Assembly (NCBI GenBank): GCA_043821645.1
Contig: JBDRCO010000113.1
Coordinates: forward strand, 64,001 to 128,000
Reading direction: 5' to 3'
DNA from: Pseudomonadota bacterium
GTDB lineage: Bacteria; Myxococcota; JACRCW01; JAFGSX01
DNA length: 64,000 nucleotides
The first letter of the stretch is position 1. Each line of letters begins with the position of its first letter. The notes beneath the pieces are model-generated. The model was not told the origin of the DNA. It made no database searches and saw only the letters and a list, made by a program, of their open reading frames with translations. Both the position numbers and the translations under genes were made by a program. This document shows positions 29,455-39,130 of the stretch, piece after piece.

Positions 29455-31110
29455 TCAGATCGTCTCGGTGAAGTGGACGGCTCCCTTGCTCAGCATGTCC
29501 TTGAACAGCCAGTCGATGAGAAGTGGACTGACCACACCCTCGGCCAGGATCTCGCGCGGTGGTCGCCCTGCACGCACCTGGGCCAGCGCCGGCTGCAGGG
29601 CGTCAGGGCACACCTTCTCGTAGAAGCGAAGCACAGCTTCGTTGGGGACCAGGGCCTGGGTCCCGGTCACCAGGTTGTCCCGCACCGAGGCCTCCTCGTG
29701 GGTGGCGCGCCGCGCAATCTCATCGATGACCTCGACGGCAGGTCGGCGCATGGACCACAATTCGGGCTCCTCGTCGGCCTCGAACACCCAGCAACCGCCC
29801 TGGGCACCCACCAGCGATCGCAGCGCTTCCTCGTCGGCAATGCAGGTCGAACCGATGACGGCACTGGCACTGGCCAGGATCCCCGCCGAGAACCAGAGAT
29901 GGAAGCGCGCCCAGCGATCCTCGACGGTGAGCTTGCCCGTGGCATTGCGTGCCGCCAACACCCGCATCATGGTCTGGGGCCCGAGTCGCCCGAAGTGACC
30001 CCGCAGGGAGACCCCCGGCCCGATGCAGGCGCGCAGGATCTGGAGTGGTCGCGCCAGCTCGGTGAGCACCTCGACCACCTGCTCGCGGCGCACCCCCTTG
30101 GGCAGGTAGGCATCCGCCCCGGCCCCGAGCGCGGAGAGCTGATCGAGAAAGTCGTGGTGACAGCTCAGCAGGGCAAAGGGTGTCTCGCGCAGGCGGTGAT
30201 CTGTGCGGATGGCCGCCAGCAGCCCCCAGCCGTCGAGCCGCGGCATCATGATGTCGCTGAGGATGAGATCGGGCCGATCGCGCAGGATGTGCCCCAGGGC
30301 GTCCCTGCCGTCGACGGCAGCGGTGACCACGAAACCATGGTGCTCGAGTGTCTTCTGGAACAGCGTGCGCAGGGCCTCATCGTCGTCGGCAAAAACGACC
30401 CGCAGGGGAGCCAGGACGTCCTTCGCGGACGCCGGGATCTCGGTCAGGGCGGCCCCGGATATGGAGAAGATCTCGGTGGCAGAATCGGGCTGGGCGGGTG
30501 CGACGACGGTGGCTGCGTGGGGGTTGTCCAGCGTGCTCCAGCGCAAGCTCACGTCACCCCGCAGGCCGGCAACCAGGGCGGCCGCGGCATCCTCCCCGCG
30601 CAGCGCTCCACACTCTGCATCGATGACCCGCCCCTCCCGGAGAAGGACCTGGCCGCCACCCTCCTCGGCCTCGACGTGCAGCAGACCGGAGGCACCGGCC
30701 CGCCGGAGGTGCGCCAGGCCGCGGCGGGCGGCGTCGGCAGAGCTCATCCGGAGATCGCGCAGCTGGATGTCCTGCTCCACTGCCTTGACCATGTCGACCA
30801 GCGCGGTGAGGCCCTCATGGAAGGTGACCATTCCATACACGGGGCCCCGGATCATCGCCACCAGGTCACCCAGCGATCCCTCGCGCGTCACCAGGACGGC
30901 CGGCGTGCGGCTCCGGGTGGTGCCAAGGGCCTTCGTGAAGCGCGCGAGCTGCTCCAGGTCGCCGATGGCAATCACGGCGTCCGCGGTCTCGGGGAGCGAG
31001 GAGATTCGCGCCAGGGAATCGTCCAGACACACTTCGACCGCGCGCTCGGAGAGCGTTCGCACGAGAGATCCACGTCGAGATGGCTCGTCATCCAGCAGCG
31101 CATAGCGCAT
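29455..31110 (-). CDS. Response regulator with degenerate REC, DUF4388, intact REC, DUF4388
   Basis: VVFADDD, PDLILSDIMMPRLDGW, GADAYLPK; SGLLHVE..LREGRVIDA; ATGKLTV..FSAGILASA. Confidence 0.8.
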   Translation of the reverse strand: MRYALLDDEPSRRGSLVRTLSERAVEVCLDDSLARISSLPETADAVIAIGDLEQLARFTKALGTTRSRTPAVLVTREGSLGDLVAMIRGPVYGMVTFHEGLTALVDMVKAVEQDIQLRDLRMSSADAARRGLAHLRRAGASGLLHVEAEEGGGQVLLREGRVIDAECGALRGEDAAAALVAGLRGDVSLRWSTLDNPHAATVVAPAQPDSATEIFSISGAALTEIPASAKDVLAPLRVVFADDDEALRTLFQKTLEHHGFVVTAAVDGRDALGHILRDRPDLILSDIMMPRLDGWGLLAAIRTDHRLRETPFALLSCHHDFLDQLSALGAGADAYLPKGVRREQVVEVLTELARPLQILRACIGPGVSLRGHFGRLGPQTMMRVLAARNATGKLTVEDRWARFHLWFSAGILASASAVIGSTCIADEEALRSLVGAQGGCWVFEADEEPELWSMRRPAVEVIDEIARRATHEEASVRDNLVTGTQALVPNEAVLRFYEKVCPDALQPALAQVRAGRPPREILAEGVVSPLLIDWLFKDMLSKGAVHFTETI

Positions 31111-31371
31111 GAGCGCCCCCGTCGGGGAGGGTTCGCTGCCCATCCACCGGTTCGCGCCCACTGTAAACAGGGGCCCCGAACATCGCAACCACCCCGCCAC
31201 TTGGGGGGCTCCCCACGCGCGCAGCGCAGGCCTGCTGTTTCCTGTTGAGCCGAAAAGTTGCGCACGATTCAGAAAGTCGCCATGATGGCCCAGACGCGAG
31301 GGTGGTACGTCGCCACCGTCGATTTTCAAGGGACTTTGCGCGCCGGTGGGCGCGCCGTGCGAGTGACCCAC

Positions 31372-33282
31372 ATGTTTACCGTGGTGCTCACAGAAAAGGG
31401 CGGCTCCAGCCGGACCATGGAGTTCGACAAGCCCGAGGTCACCATCGGGCGTGTCCAGGGCAACGACATCATTCTGCCCAAGGGCAACATCTCCAAGCGC
31501 CACTCGCGCATCGTTCTCAAGGACGCCAAGTTCATCATCGTCGATCTCAAGAGCACCAACGGCACGTACGTCAACGGCCGCAAGATCACCAGCCCACACA
31601 TCCTCAAGGACAACGACAAGGTCTACATCGGCGACTTCACGCTCACCATCGAGCCCGCCGGTGGCCGCGCCGATGCACCGCCACCGCCGCCACCGCCACC
31701 GCCGCCGCCCCGCACCGCCAAGCCACCTCCTCCGACGCCGCGCAAGAAAGCCGAGCCCGAGGATGATGATCTCGGCGAGTATCTGGCACCCGAGGCTGAT
31801 TTCAGCAGCGACAGCGTGGACTTTGTCGATGAGTTCGACGCCGAGCCCGGGCTCGACGACGGAGACAAGCTCGACGAGTTTGACCCCGAGTTCGAGGACC
31901 CCGCGCCGCCTCCGCCTCCGCCTCCGCCTCCCAGTGCCCAGCCACGGGTTGCGGTCAAGAAGGCCCCCCGCGCACGTCCCGCGCCGCCTCCCCGAGGCGG
32001 TGTCCGCGGCGCTCCCGTCGCCCGACCTGCGCATGCCGCGTCCCCGGCAGCACGTGCCCAGGCTGCGGTGTTCGAGGTCCTGGTCCAGAACCCGACCTGG
32101 GAGGATGTCGCTGCCAGCCCTCAATCTGCTCAAGAAGCCGTGCGCAGGGCCATCTCCGAAGCCCAGGCCTCCTTCCCGGCAGGTGCGAGCCCCGATGCGG
32201 TGAGCGCTGCGGTGCTGGCCGAGCTCACAGGTCTGGGTCCGCTTGACGATCTGCTGGCCGATGCCAGCGTGAGCCAGATCTTTGCCAATGCCCCGCACTG
32301 CCTGTTCGTCGAACGCAACGGCGAGATCGAGGCCACGGACGCGGTGTTCTCCTCCGACGACTCCATGAGCTTCGTCATCCGCAAGCTTCTTGCGACGGCA
32401 CGCAGCCAGGTCGGTGAGGGCCTGCTGCATGACGTCCGACTCACCGACGGCACCCATCTGTGCGCCATGCTGCCCCCGGTGGGGGCTGCGGGACCGGTGC
32501 TCACCCTGCGCAAGGTGAGCCAGCACACCGTGACCCTGGACAAGCTGGTCGACAATTCGGTGCTCAGCGCGCGCATGGCGGAGTTCCTGCAAACCTGCGT
32601 CGAGCAGCGCAAGAACATCCTCATCTCATCGAACAACAGCGCGGATGGGCTGGCCCTGCTCCGCGCCATCGCCAACATGCTGCCGCAGGATGAGCGACTG
32701 ATCTGCATCGAGGAAGTGGCCCAGCTCAACCTGCCGCAACCCAACGTCGTCAGCCTCGAAGCCGCCCCCGCGGTGGGTATCGGCGGTGTGACACTTCGTG
32801 ATCTGGCTCGCAGCGCCATCCGGCTGGCTCCGGACAGGCTGATCGTCGGCGACTGCCGCGGCGCCGAGGCCCTGGATTTGTTGCAGATCTTCGGGGGGGC
32901 GGTCGACGGCAGCGTGCTGCTGGTGCACGGCCACGGTGTCCGCGATGCCATGACCCGCATCGAGGCCATGGCCTCGCTGGGCAGCAGCGATGTCTCGCCC
33001 CGTTCCTTGCGCGAGCTGATGGCGTCGGCAATCGAGGTGGTGGTGCAGATCACGCGCTACGCGTCGGGCGTGCCCCGGGTGTCGCAGATCAGCGTGATCA
33101 GCGGCATGGAGATCGACCTGGTGACGACGCAGGACATCTTCTCGTTCCGCAACGAGGGCTCGGACCGAGACGGCAACCAGAAGGGCCGATTCCAGGCCAG
33201 TGGCGTCGTCCCTCGCTTCTTCGAGGAGCTACAGCGTCAGGGCGAGCCGGTCAACATGGGCCTCTTCCGCGACGAGGGCTGA
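31372..33282 (+). CDS. FHA domain, Pro/acidic linker and degenerate CpaF/TadA-family ATPase
   Basis: FHA: IGRVQGND, ISKRH, DLKSTNGTYVNG; CpaF: GLGPLDDLLAD, ERLICIEEVAQL, PDRLIVGDCRGAEALDLLQ. Confidence 0.88.
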   Translation: MFTVVLTEKGGSSRTMEFDKPEVTIGRVQGNDIILPKGNISKRHSRIVLKDAKFIIVDLKSTNGTYVNGRKITSPHILKDNDKVYIGDFTLTIEPAGGRADAPPPPPPPPPPPRTAKPPPPTPRKKAEPEDDDLGEYLAPEADFSSDSVDFVDEFDAEPGLDDGDKLDEFDPEFEDPAPPPPPPPPPSAQPRVAVKKAPRARPAPPPRGGVRGAPVARPAHAASPAARAQAAVFEVLVQNPTWEDVAASPQSAQEAVRRAISEAQASFPAGASPDAVSAAVLAELTGLGPLDDLLADASVSQIFANAPHCLFVERNGEIEATDAVFSSDDSMSFVIRKLLATARSQVGEGLLHDVRLTDGTHLCAMLPPVGAAGPVLTLRKVSQHTVTLDKLVDNSVLSARMAEFLQTCVEQRKNILISSNNSADGLALLRAIANMLPQDERLICIEEVAQLNLPQPNVVSLEAAPAVGIGGVTLRDLARSAIRLAPDRLIVGDCRGAEALDLLQIFGGAVDGSVLLVHGHGVRDAMTRIEAMASLGSSDVSPRSLRELMASAIEVVVQITRYASGVPRVSQISVISGMEIDLVTTQDIFSFRNEGSDRDGNQKGRFQASGVVPRFFEELQRQGEPVNMGLFRDEG

Positions 33283-33446
33283 GAGCCCTTCCCTCTCCAT
33301 CCCGCACCTTTGAGGACCGCACGTCTGTCCTGGGCAGTTCCCCGGCCACGGGCCCAAAGCTGTCCCTGAACCTGGCCCGAGGGCCAGGCGTGGGATCACG
33401 CACAGGGAAAGTGGTGAAGAGGGGGGGCTGCGGGCGACCGCCAGGC

Positions 33447-36400
33447 TCAGGGACCGGTGGTGTCGAGCACCAGCGAATACGGACAGCGGTGGGTGCTGAA
33501 CACGCTGTAGACCTTGAAGTAGTAGGTGTACTGCGTCGACAGGGTGGGCGCGACCACCTGCACCTCCTCGCGGTCCGTGGTCCCCGTGCTGCTATCCACC
33601 GTCGTTGTGTCGCTTTCGAGCACGAGGTCCAGGTCGCAGCTGCTGCTGTGGGCGAACATCAGGACGCCGGTGAGAGTCTGGCCCGCCCCGACGGTGACCT
33701 TGTAGTAGTCCGTGTCCGAGGCGCAGCGCTGACCGCCGGCACTCGACACCGGCGCCAGTCCGCGTGCCTGGGCCTTGGTGTTGTTGGGCTCGGTGGTCTC
33801 GTTGACGCAGGTGCTGCCGCCACCGCTGATGCCAACGCGTAGGTTGTACCAGTTCTCGTCGGCCGCGGTGGCACCGAAGGCGACCAGGAAGTAGGTCCCG
33901 GGCGCGTTCTGCGGCACCGTGTAGCTCAGGGTCTCGTTGTCGCCGGTGCCCTCGCTGCTGGCGACGGTGGTCTCACCCGGCGCGAGCAGTACCAGGTCCA
34001 GGTTGTCCACCACCTGGGCAAAGCCAAGCACCACGTCGAGCCGCTGACCGGCCTCGAGGGACACCGCGTAGTAGTCAAAGCCGTCATTGCAGATGACACC
34101 ATCCACGTCCTCCCCGGTGCGCAGCTGGGTGGCCGCCAGCAGGTTGCTGTTGGCGAGTCCATCGTCCCCGGGGCAGCCCTTGGGGGACCCCGCGGCGTAG
34201 AACGGGGACTGCTCGAGGCCGAGGGCCAGAGCGTAGCTGCCGGCATTGACGCCATTGTAGCCACGCACGCGCAGGTAGAAGGTGGTGGCCGTGTCGCTGT
34301 ATCCCCGGACCAGCTCCTGGCTGGCGACCGAGTTGCTGACCGCGATCTGGGTCCGGTTCGCGTTGTACAGGTACAGGTCCAGGTCACCGACGGAGCCATC
34401 GAAGGTCAGCTCTGCACTGAGCAAGCCCCCCTCGGGCAGGTCGATCTTGAAGTAGTCGTCGTCGCCGGTGCAGATGATGCCGACCAGGCTCCCCACGGCG
34501 GCCACGCGCGCCTGGTCGAAGGTGTCGTTCTGCTCGAGGTTGTCGTCGGCCGGACAGGCCAGCTCGGCGCTCACGGTGGTGCGAAGGGTGTAGGCGTTCT
34601 CGGCACCGCCGTATCCATAGATGCGGATCGCGTACATGCCACTGAGGCGGACCGGGAAGGAGATGCGCTCGTTGTCGGTCCCCGTGGTCGACGAGACCAT
34701 GATGGCACCCGCGGGGTCGAGCAGGCGCATGTCGAGGTCGCCCTGGCTGTGGGTGAAGATCAGGTCCACCACCAGGGTCTCGCCGGCACTCAGGTCGACC
34801 TTGTAGTAGTCATCGTCGCCGGCGCAGATCTGGCCGTTGAAGTTGTTCGAGGGCAGCGACCGGGCCGTGGCCTGGGTGTCGTTGTTCTCGTTGGCATCGT
34901 CGACACAGGTCGGCGTGGCCGGCACCACCGTCAGGGTCAGGGTGTAGCTGTTCTCTGCGCCGCTGTAGCCGTAGGCCTGGACGGCGTAGGTGCCGGCGGC
35001 GGTCGTGGTGTAGTCGATGCGCTCGGTGTTGCTCGCACCACCCGAGGTTCGCAGCAGTGCCGCACCCGGACTGTACAGGCGCAGGTCCAAATCGCCGTTG
35101 CTGTGGGTGAACTGCAGCTCGGCCTGCAGGGTGTCACCCGCGTTGAGCACCACGCTGTACCAGTCTGCGTCGCCGGAGCAGATCTGGCCCAGCACCGCGG
35201 TGCCGGGATAGGCCCGGGCCGTGGCCTGGGTATCATTCTCCTCGTAGCTGTCCTCGGTGCAGACCGGGATGGCCGGTGTGACGGTGACCGTCAGGGTGTA
35301 GGCGTTGGACACGCCAGTCATCCCGTACACGCGCAGCGCGTAGACCCCCGCGGCCGGCGCGACGTAAGCCGCGATGGTCTCGTCGTCGGTGACAGAGGTC
35401 GAGCTGGCCACCAGTGAACCGGCCGGGTTGCGCAGGGCCAGGTCCAGGTCCCCGCTGGCGTGGGAGAAGTCCAGCAGCGCGCTCAGGGTATCGCCCGCAT
35501 TGAGCGAGACCTTGAACCAGTCGGCGTCGCCGGCGCAGATCTGCGCGGTGACCGGCTGGTTGCCATAGGCGGTCGCGGTGGCCTGGGTGTCGTTGTCCTC
35601 GAGGTTGTCCTCGGGGCAGGGCGGAACGTAGGGCACCACATTGAGCACCAGGCGATAGCTGTTCTCGGCTCCGCCAAAGCCGCGCACGCGGATGGTGTAG
35701 CGACCCGCGGCCGGCACGGTGTAGTTGCTGATCTGCTCGTTGTCCGTCGTCGAGCCCGAGCTGCGGGCCAGGGTTCCGGCGGGGTTGTACAGGGCGAGGT
35801 CGAGGTCGCCGCTGGCATGGGTGAACAGCAGGTCGATGCTCAGCACATCATTGGTGTTGAGATTGAGGCCGAACCAGTCGTCGTCTCCGGTACAGATCTG
35901 GCCTGTCACCGTGCCCGCCACCACCGTGGCGGCACTGTCCCGGGCATCGTTTTCCTCGTAGCCGTCCTCGCGGCACACCGGGACCACGGGGGTGAGGGTC
36001 AGGGTCAGACGGTAGCTGTTGGCCGCGCCGCGGTAGCCAAACACGCGGATGGCGTAGCGCCCCGCGCTGGTCGCGGTGAGCTGTACGGTCTCGGTATTGC
36101 CACTGGCGGTGGTGGACGAGTCCAGCACCTGGCCGGTGGGGCTGAGCAGGTGCAGGTCGAGGTCCCCGGCGCTCGAGGTGAACTCGATTCGCGCCTCGAC
36201 GATATCACCGACGTTGAGGTTGACCGCGAAGAAGTCATCGTCGGCAGGGCAGATCTGTCCGTCGTAGGTCCCATTGCCCAGGGCCGCGGCCGCCGCCTGG
36301 TTGTCGTTCTCCTCGAAGGCGTCGTCGCGGCAGGTGCTCGATGGCGTCACGGCCACGGTGAGTCCATAGCCGTTGTTGACCGTGGCGGCACCGGTCACGG

Positions 36401-38384
36401 CGAGGAAGTAGCTGCCCGCGGTGGTCGCCGTGGCTTCGACGTGCTCGTTGTCCGTCGTCGTGGTACCAGCCGACAGGACCAGGCCTGCGCTGTCCAGGAT
36501 GCGGGCATCGATGTTGCCGCTGGCATGGGAAAAGGTGAGGTCCACCACCATGCGGTCGCCGGTGTTGAGCGAGAAGCGGTACCAGTCGTCATCTCCCGGA
36601 CACAGGTGCGCGGTGTAGGTGCCGGGCTGCAGGTCGACGGCGGCACTGCGGGAGTCGTTGTCTTCCAGTCCGTCGTCGGTACAGGTGGCCGTGCCAGGAG
36701 TCACCGTGACGGTGATGCCATAGCTGTTGACCGCGCCCGTGGCGCCGAGGACTTGCACCAGTAAGTCGCCCGAACTCTGCGCCACCACGCTGGCTTGCTC
36801 ATTGTCGGTGGTGCTCAGGGATGAGGCCAGCAGGGTGGTGGCCGTGGCGTCGAAGATCTTGAGATCGATGTTGCCGGCGGCGTGGGTGAAGGTCAGGTCG
36901 ACGCGCAGGGTGCTGTTGGCGTTGACGGAAACCCGGTACCAGTCCTGGTCTCCAGCGCAGATCTTGGCGGTGTGGCTGCCCGCGGTAAGGGCCGCAGCCT
37001 GGGCCGAGGTGTCGTTCAGCTCAAAGGCGTCATTGGCGCAGGTGCTGCCCGGCGTGACCGCGACCACGAGCTGGTAGGCGTTCTCGGCGTTGTCCATACC
37101 AAGGACCCGCAGCATGTAGGTACCGCCGGTGGCGACCGTACCGGTCAGCAGCTCGTTGTCGGTGGTGGAGGACCCTGCCGACAGGACCGAGAGGTCGGGG
37201 CGCAGCAGCTCGATGTTGAGGTCGCCCGCCGCGTGGACAAAGGTCAGGTTGGCCTGGATCTGATCCCCTGCAGCCAGGGTGAGCGCGAACCAGTCCTCGT
37301 CACCGGCGCAGATCTTGCCGCTCAGGGTGCCCGCCGCGATCGAGGTGGCCTGGGTGCTGTCGTCGTTGTCCTCGAAGCTGTCGTCCTGGCAGGTCGTGGT
37401 CGCGGGGGTGACGGCCAGGGTCAGGTCGTAGGCGCTGGCATCGCTGGCGGCGGCGCCGAAGATGCGCACGCCGTGGCGGCCGGCGAGGGTTGCCGTGACC
37501 TCGACGTGCTCGCTGGCGCTGGTGCCGGTGGAAGCTCCAAGCTCGACCCCGGCCGGGCTCAGCACCTGGACGTCCAGGTTCTGTCCCGGGGAGGTGATCG
37601 CGAGGTCCGCCACCAGGCGGTCACCCGCGTTGAGCTGCACGCCGAAGAAATCCGGGTCACCGGCGCAAAGTTGTGCCTGGTAGGTGCCAGCTCCCACCAC
37701 GGCGGACGAGGCCAGGGTGTCGTTCTCCTCGAAGCTGTCGTCCTGGCAGGTCGGGGTGCCGCCGTCGGTCTGGGCCACGTCCTCGACGGTGACGGTCAAG
37801 GTATAGGCTCCCACGGCGCCGGAGTACCCGGTGACCACCACGTAGTACGCGCCCGCGGTATCCACCGTCGCCTCGACCTGCTCGGTGTCGTCGGTGGTCT
37901 CGCTGGAATCGAGCTGGCTGCCATCACCGGCAAAGAGATAGAGGTCCAGGTCGCCGGCGCTGTGCTGGAAGTCGATGCGCGCCGTGATCTTCTGGCTCAC
38001 GTTGAGGGCGACCGCGAACATGTCGTCGTCGCCAGAACAGATCTGGGCATTGAGGGTCCCGGGTGCCAGCTGCGTGGCCTGGGTGGGATCGTCGTTATCC
38101 TCGAGGGCGTCGTCGGTGCAGGGAGGAAGCGCCGCATCCTGCCCAGCGCCGGTGTCGCCCTGGGTGGCATCCTGGGTGGCGGTATCGGTCCCCGCGCTGT
38201 CTGTCGCGCTGCCGCGGTCCACCACGCTGGCGTCGCGTCCGGCGTCATAGGGCACGACCCCGCCGTCACGGCGCGGATTGCTCGCGTCGATGCCGGTGGG
38301 TGGTTCACCCCCGCAGTCGCACGCCGTGATACCCATGGCCAGGATTAGGGCCAGTCCCATCGACACCTTGACAAGTGCGCGCAT
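33447..38384 (-). CDS. Giant lipoprotein with 13 tandem PPC-like (pre-peptidase C-terminal) domains
   Basis: ITACDC lipobox; repeats CxDDxxExND...ICxGDxDW/F..GDLDL..E..G.Y.VRV.GY..Y.L. Confidence 0.88.
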   Translation of the reverse strand: MRALVKVSMGLALILAMGITACDCGGEPPTGIDASNPRRDGGVVPYDAGRDASVVDRGSATDSAGTDTATQDATQGDTGAGQDAALPPCTDDALEDNDDPTQATQLAPGTLNAQICSGDDDMFAVALNVSQKITARIDFQHSAGDLDLYLFAGDGSQLDSSETTDDTEQVEATVDTAGAYYVVVTGYSGAVGAYTLTVTVEDVAQTDGGTPTCQDDSFEENDTLASSAVVGAGTYQAQLCAGDPDFFGVQLNAGDRLVADLAITSPGQNLDVQVLSPAGVELGASTGTSASEHVEVTATLAGRHGVRIFGAAASDASAYDLTLAVTPATTTCQDDSFEDNDDSTQATSIAAGTLSGKICAGDEDWFALTLAAGDQIQANLTFVHAAGDLNIELLRPDLSVLSAGSSTTDNELLTGTVATGGTYMLRVLGMDNAENAYQLVVAVTPGSTCANDAFELNDTSAQAAALTAGSHTAKICAGDQDWYRVSVNANSTLRVDLTFTHAAGNIDLKIFDATATTLLASSLSTTDNEQASVVAQSSGDLLVQVLGATGAVNSYGITVTVTPGTATCTDDGLEDNDSRSAAVDLQPGTYTAHLCPGDDDWYRFSLNTGDRMVVDLTFSHASGNIDARILDSAGLVLSAGTTTTDNEHVEATATTAGSYFLAVTGAATVNNGYGLTVAVTPSSTCRDDAFEENDNQAAAAALGNGTYDGQICPADDDFFAVNLNVGDIVEARIEFTSSAGDLDLHLLSPTGQVLDSSTTASGNTETVQLTATSAGRYAIRVFGYRGAANSYRLTLTLTPVVPVCREDGYEENDARDSAATVVAGTVTGQICTGDDDWFGLNLNTNDVLSIDLLFTHASGDLDLALYNPAGTLARSSGSTTDNEQISNYTVPAAGRYTIRVRGFGGAENSYRLVLNVVPYVPPCPEDNLEDNDTQATATAYGNQPVTAQICAGDADWFKVSLNAGDTLSALLDFSHASGDLDLALRNPAGSLVASSTSVTDDETIAAYVAPAAGVYALRVYGMTGVSNAYTLTVTVTPAIPVCTEDSYEENDTQATARAYPGTAVLGQICSGDADWYSVVLNAGDTLQAELQFTHSNGDLDLRLYSPGAALLRTSGGASNTERIDYTTTAAGTYAVQAYGYSGAENSYTLTLTVVPATPTCVDDANENNDTQATARSLPSNNFNGQICAGDDDYYKVDLSAGETLVVDLIFTHSQGDLDMRLLDPAGAIMVSSTTGTDNERISFPVRLSGMYAIRIYGYGGAENAYTLRTTVSAELACPADDNLEQNDTFDQARVAAVGSLVGIICTGDDDYFKIDLPEGGLLSAELTFDGSVGDLDLYLYNANRTQIAVSNSVASQELVRGYSDTATTFYLRVRGYNGVNAGSYALALGLEQSPFYAAGSPKGCPGDDGLANSNLLAATQLRTGEDVDGVICNDGFDYYAVSLEAGQRLDVVLGFAQVVDNLDLVLLAPGETTVASSEGTGDNETLSYTVPQNAPGTYFLVAFGATAADENWYNLRVGISGGGSTCVNETTEPNNTKAQARGLAPVSSAGGQRCASDTDYYKVTVGAGQTLTGVLMFAHSSSCDLDLVLESDTTTVDSSTGTTDREEVQVVAPTLSTQYTYYFKVYSVFSTHRCPYSLVLDTTGP

Positions 38385-38446
38385 CGGTAGCCTCCACATG
38401 CTGCGTTCCCCAGGACCTGTGGCATGCATAAAGGAATGACGGGGCG

Positions 38447-38475
38447 AGGCTAGAGAGCGTGACGGGCTGCGTCAA
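38447..38475 (-). promoter_or_regulatory. Putative sigma70-type promoter of the PPC-repeat gene
   Basis: TTGACG-N17-TAGCCT on the minus strand. Confidence 0.45.
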
Positions 38476-38533
38476 CCCTTGTTCCGGGCCCCGTGCCTCC
38501 ACACTCATGTTCCCTGGAGACCCGGGTGAGAAC

Positions 38534-39028
38534 TCAGCCGCGCTCGTTCTCCAGCTCGCGCAGCCGCCGCAGGATGGCGAGGGGGGACTGGTCGGTGACC
38601 ATGCGCAGGATCTCGGAGATGCGCTTCTCGTCCATCTGAAGCCGCCGCTGCACCCGCTTCTGGTAGGCCTCCTGCAGCACCAGCAGCAGCTCCTCGGTGT
38701 CGCAGGGCTTCTGCAGGTAGCTGTGCGAGCCCAGACGTGTGCAGGTCACGGCCGAGTCGATGGATCCATGGCCGGTCAGGATCACGACCTCGATGAAGGG
38801 GTGTTTCTCCTTGAGCTTGGCGAGCAGTTCCTCGCCGTCCATGCCCGGCATCTTGAGGTCGACCAGCGCCAGGTCAAAGCTTTGGCGTGTGGCCATGTCC
38901 AGGGCATCCTGGCCGTTGCTCACCGGCGTGACGTCGAAGTCGCGCATGCTCAGGCGCTGGGTTAGCGTCTGCAGGAAGCGGATCTCGTCGTCGACGAGTA
39001 AAAGCTTGATTCGCTGCAAGGTCTCCAT
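38534..39028 (-). CDS. Stand-alone response regulator (REC plus helical tail)
   Basis: LLVDDE, LVDLKMPGMDG, ILTGHGS, YLQKP; AGGAG RBS. Confidence 0.92.
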   Translation of the reverse strand: METLQRIKLLLVDDEIRFLQTLTQRLSMRDFDVTPVSNGQDALDMATRQSFDLALVDLKMPGMDGEELLAKLKEKHPFIEVVILTGHGSIDSAVTCTRLGSHSYLQKPCDTEELLLVLQEAYQKRVQRRLQMDEKRISEILRMVTDQSPLAILRRLRELENERG

Positions 39029-39130
39029 GATCGCTCCTTGGGTCCCCAGTGTCCGGGTCCTCACAGGCGTGGTGCAGGTCGAGACCCCTGTCCTGCGCCA
39101 GCACCTCCGCTCGACGCGCCCTTAAAAACG

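Noticed and set aside
31111-32592. N-terminal extension making the response regulator 1045 aa
   Set aside because: It is the antisense shadow of the FHA-CpaF gene; the likely start is ATG 31110
33447-38130. Periodic DNA similarity as a possible CRISPR or tandem-repeat array
   Set aside because: The period of about 350 nt is explained by in-frame PPC protein repeats; there are no identical short repeats with spacers
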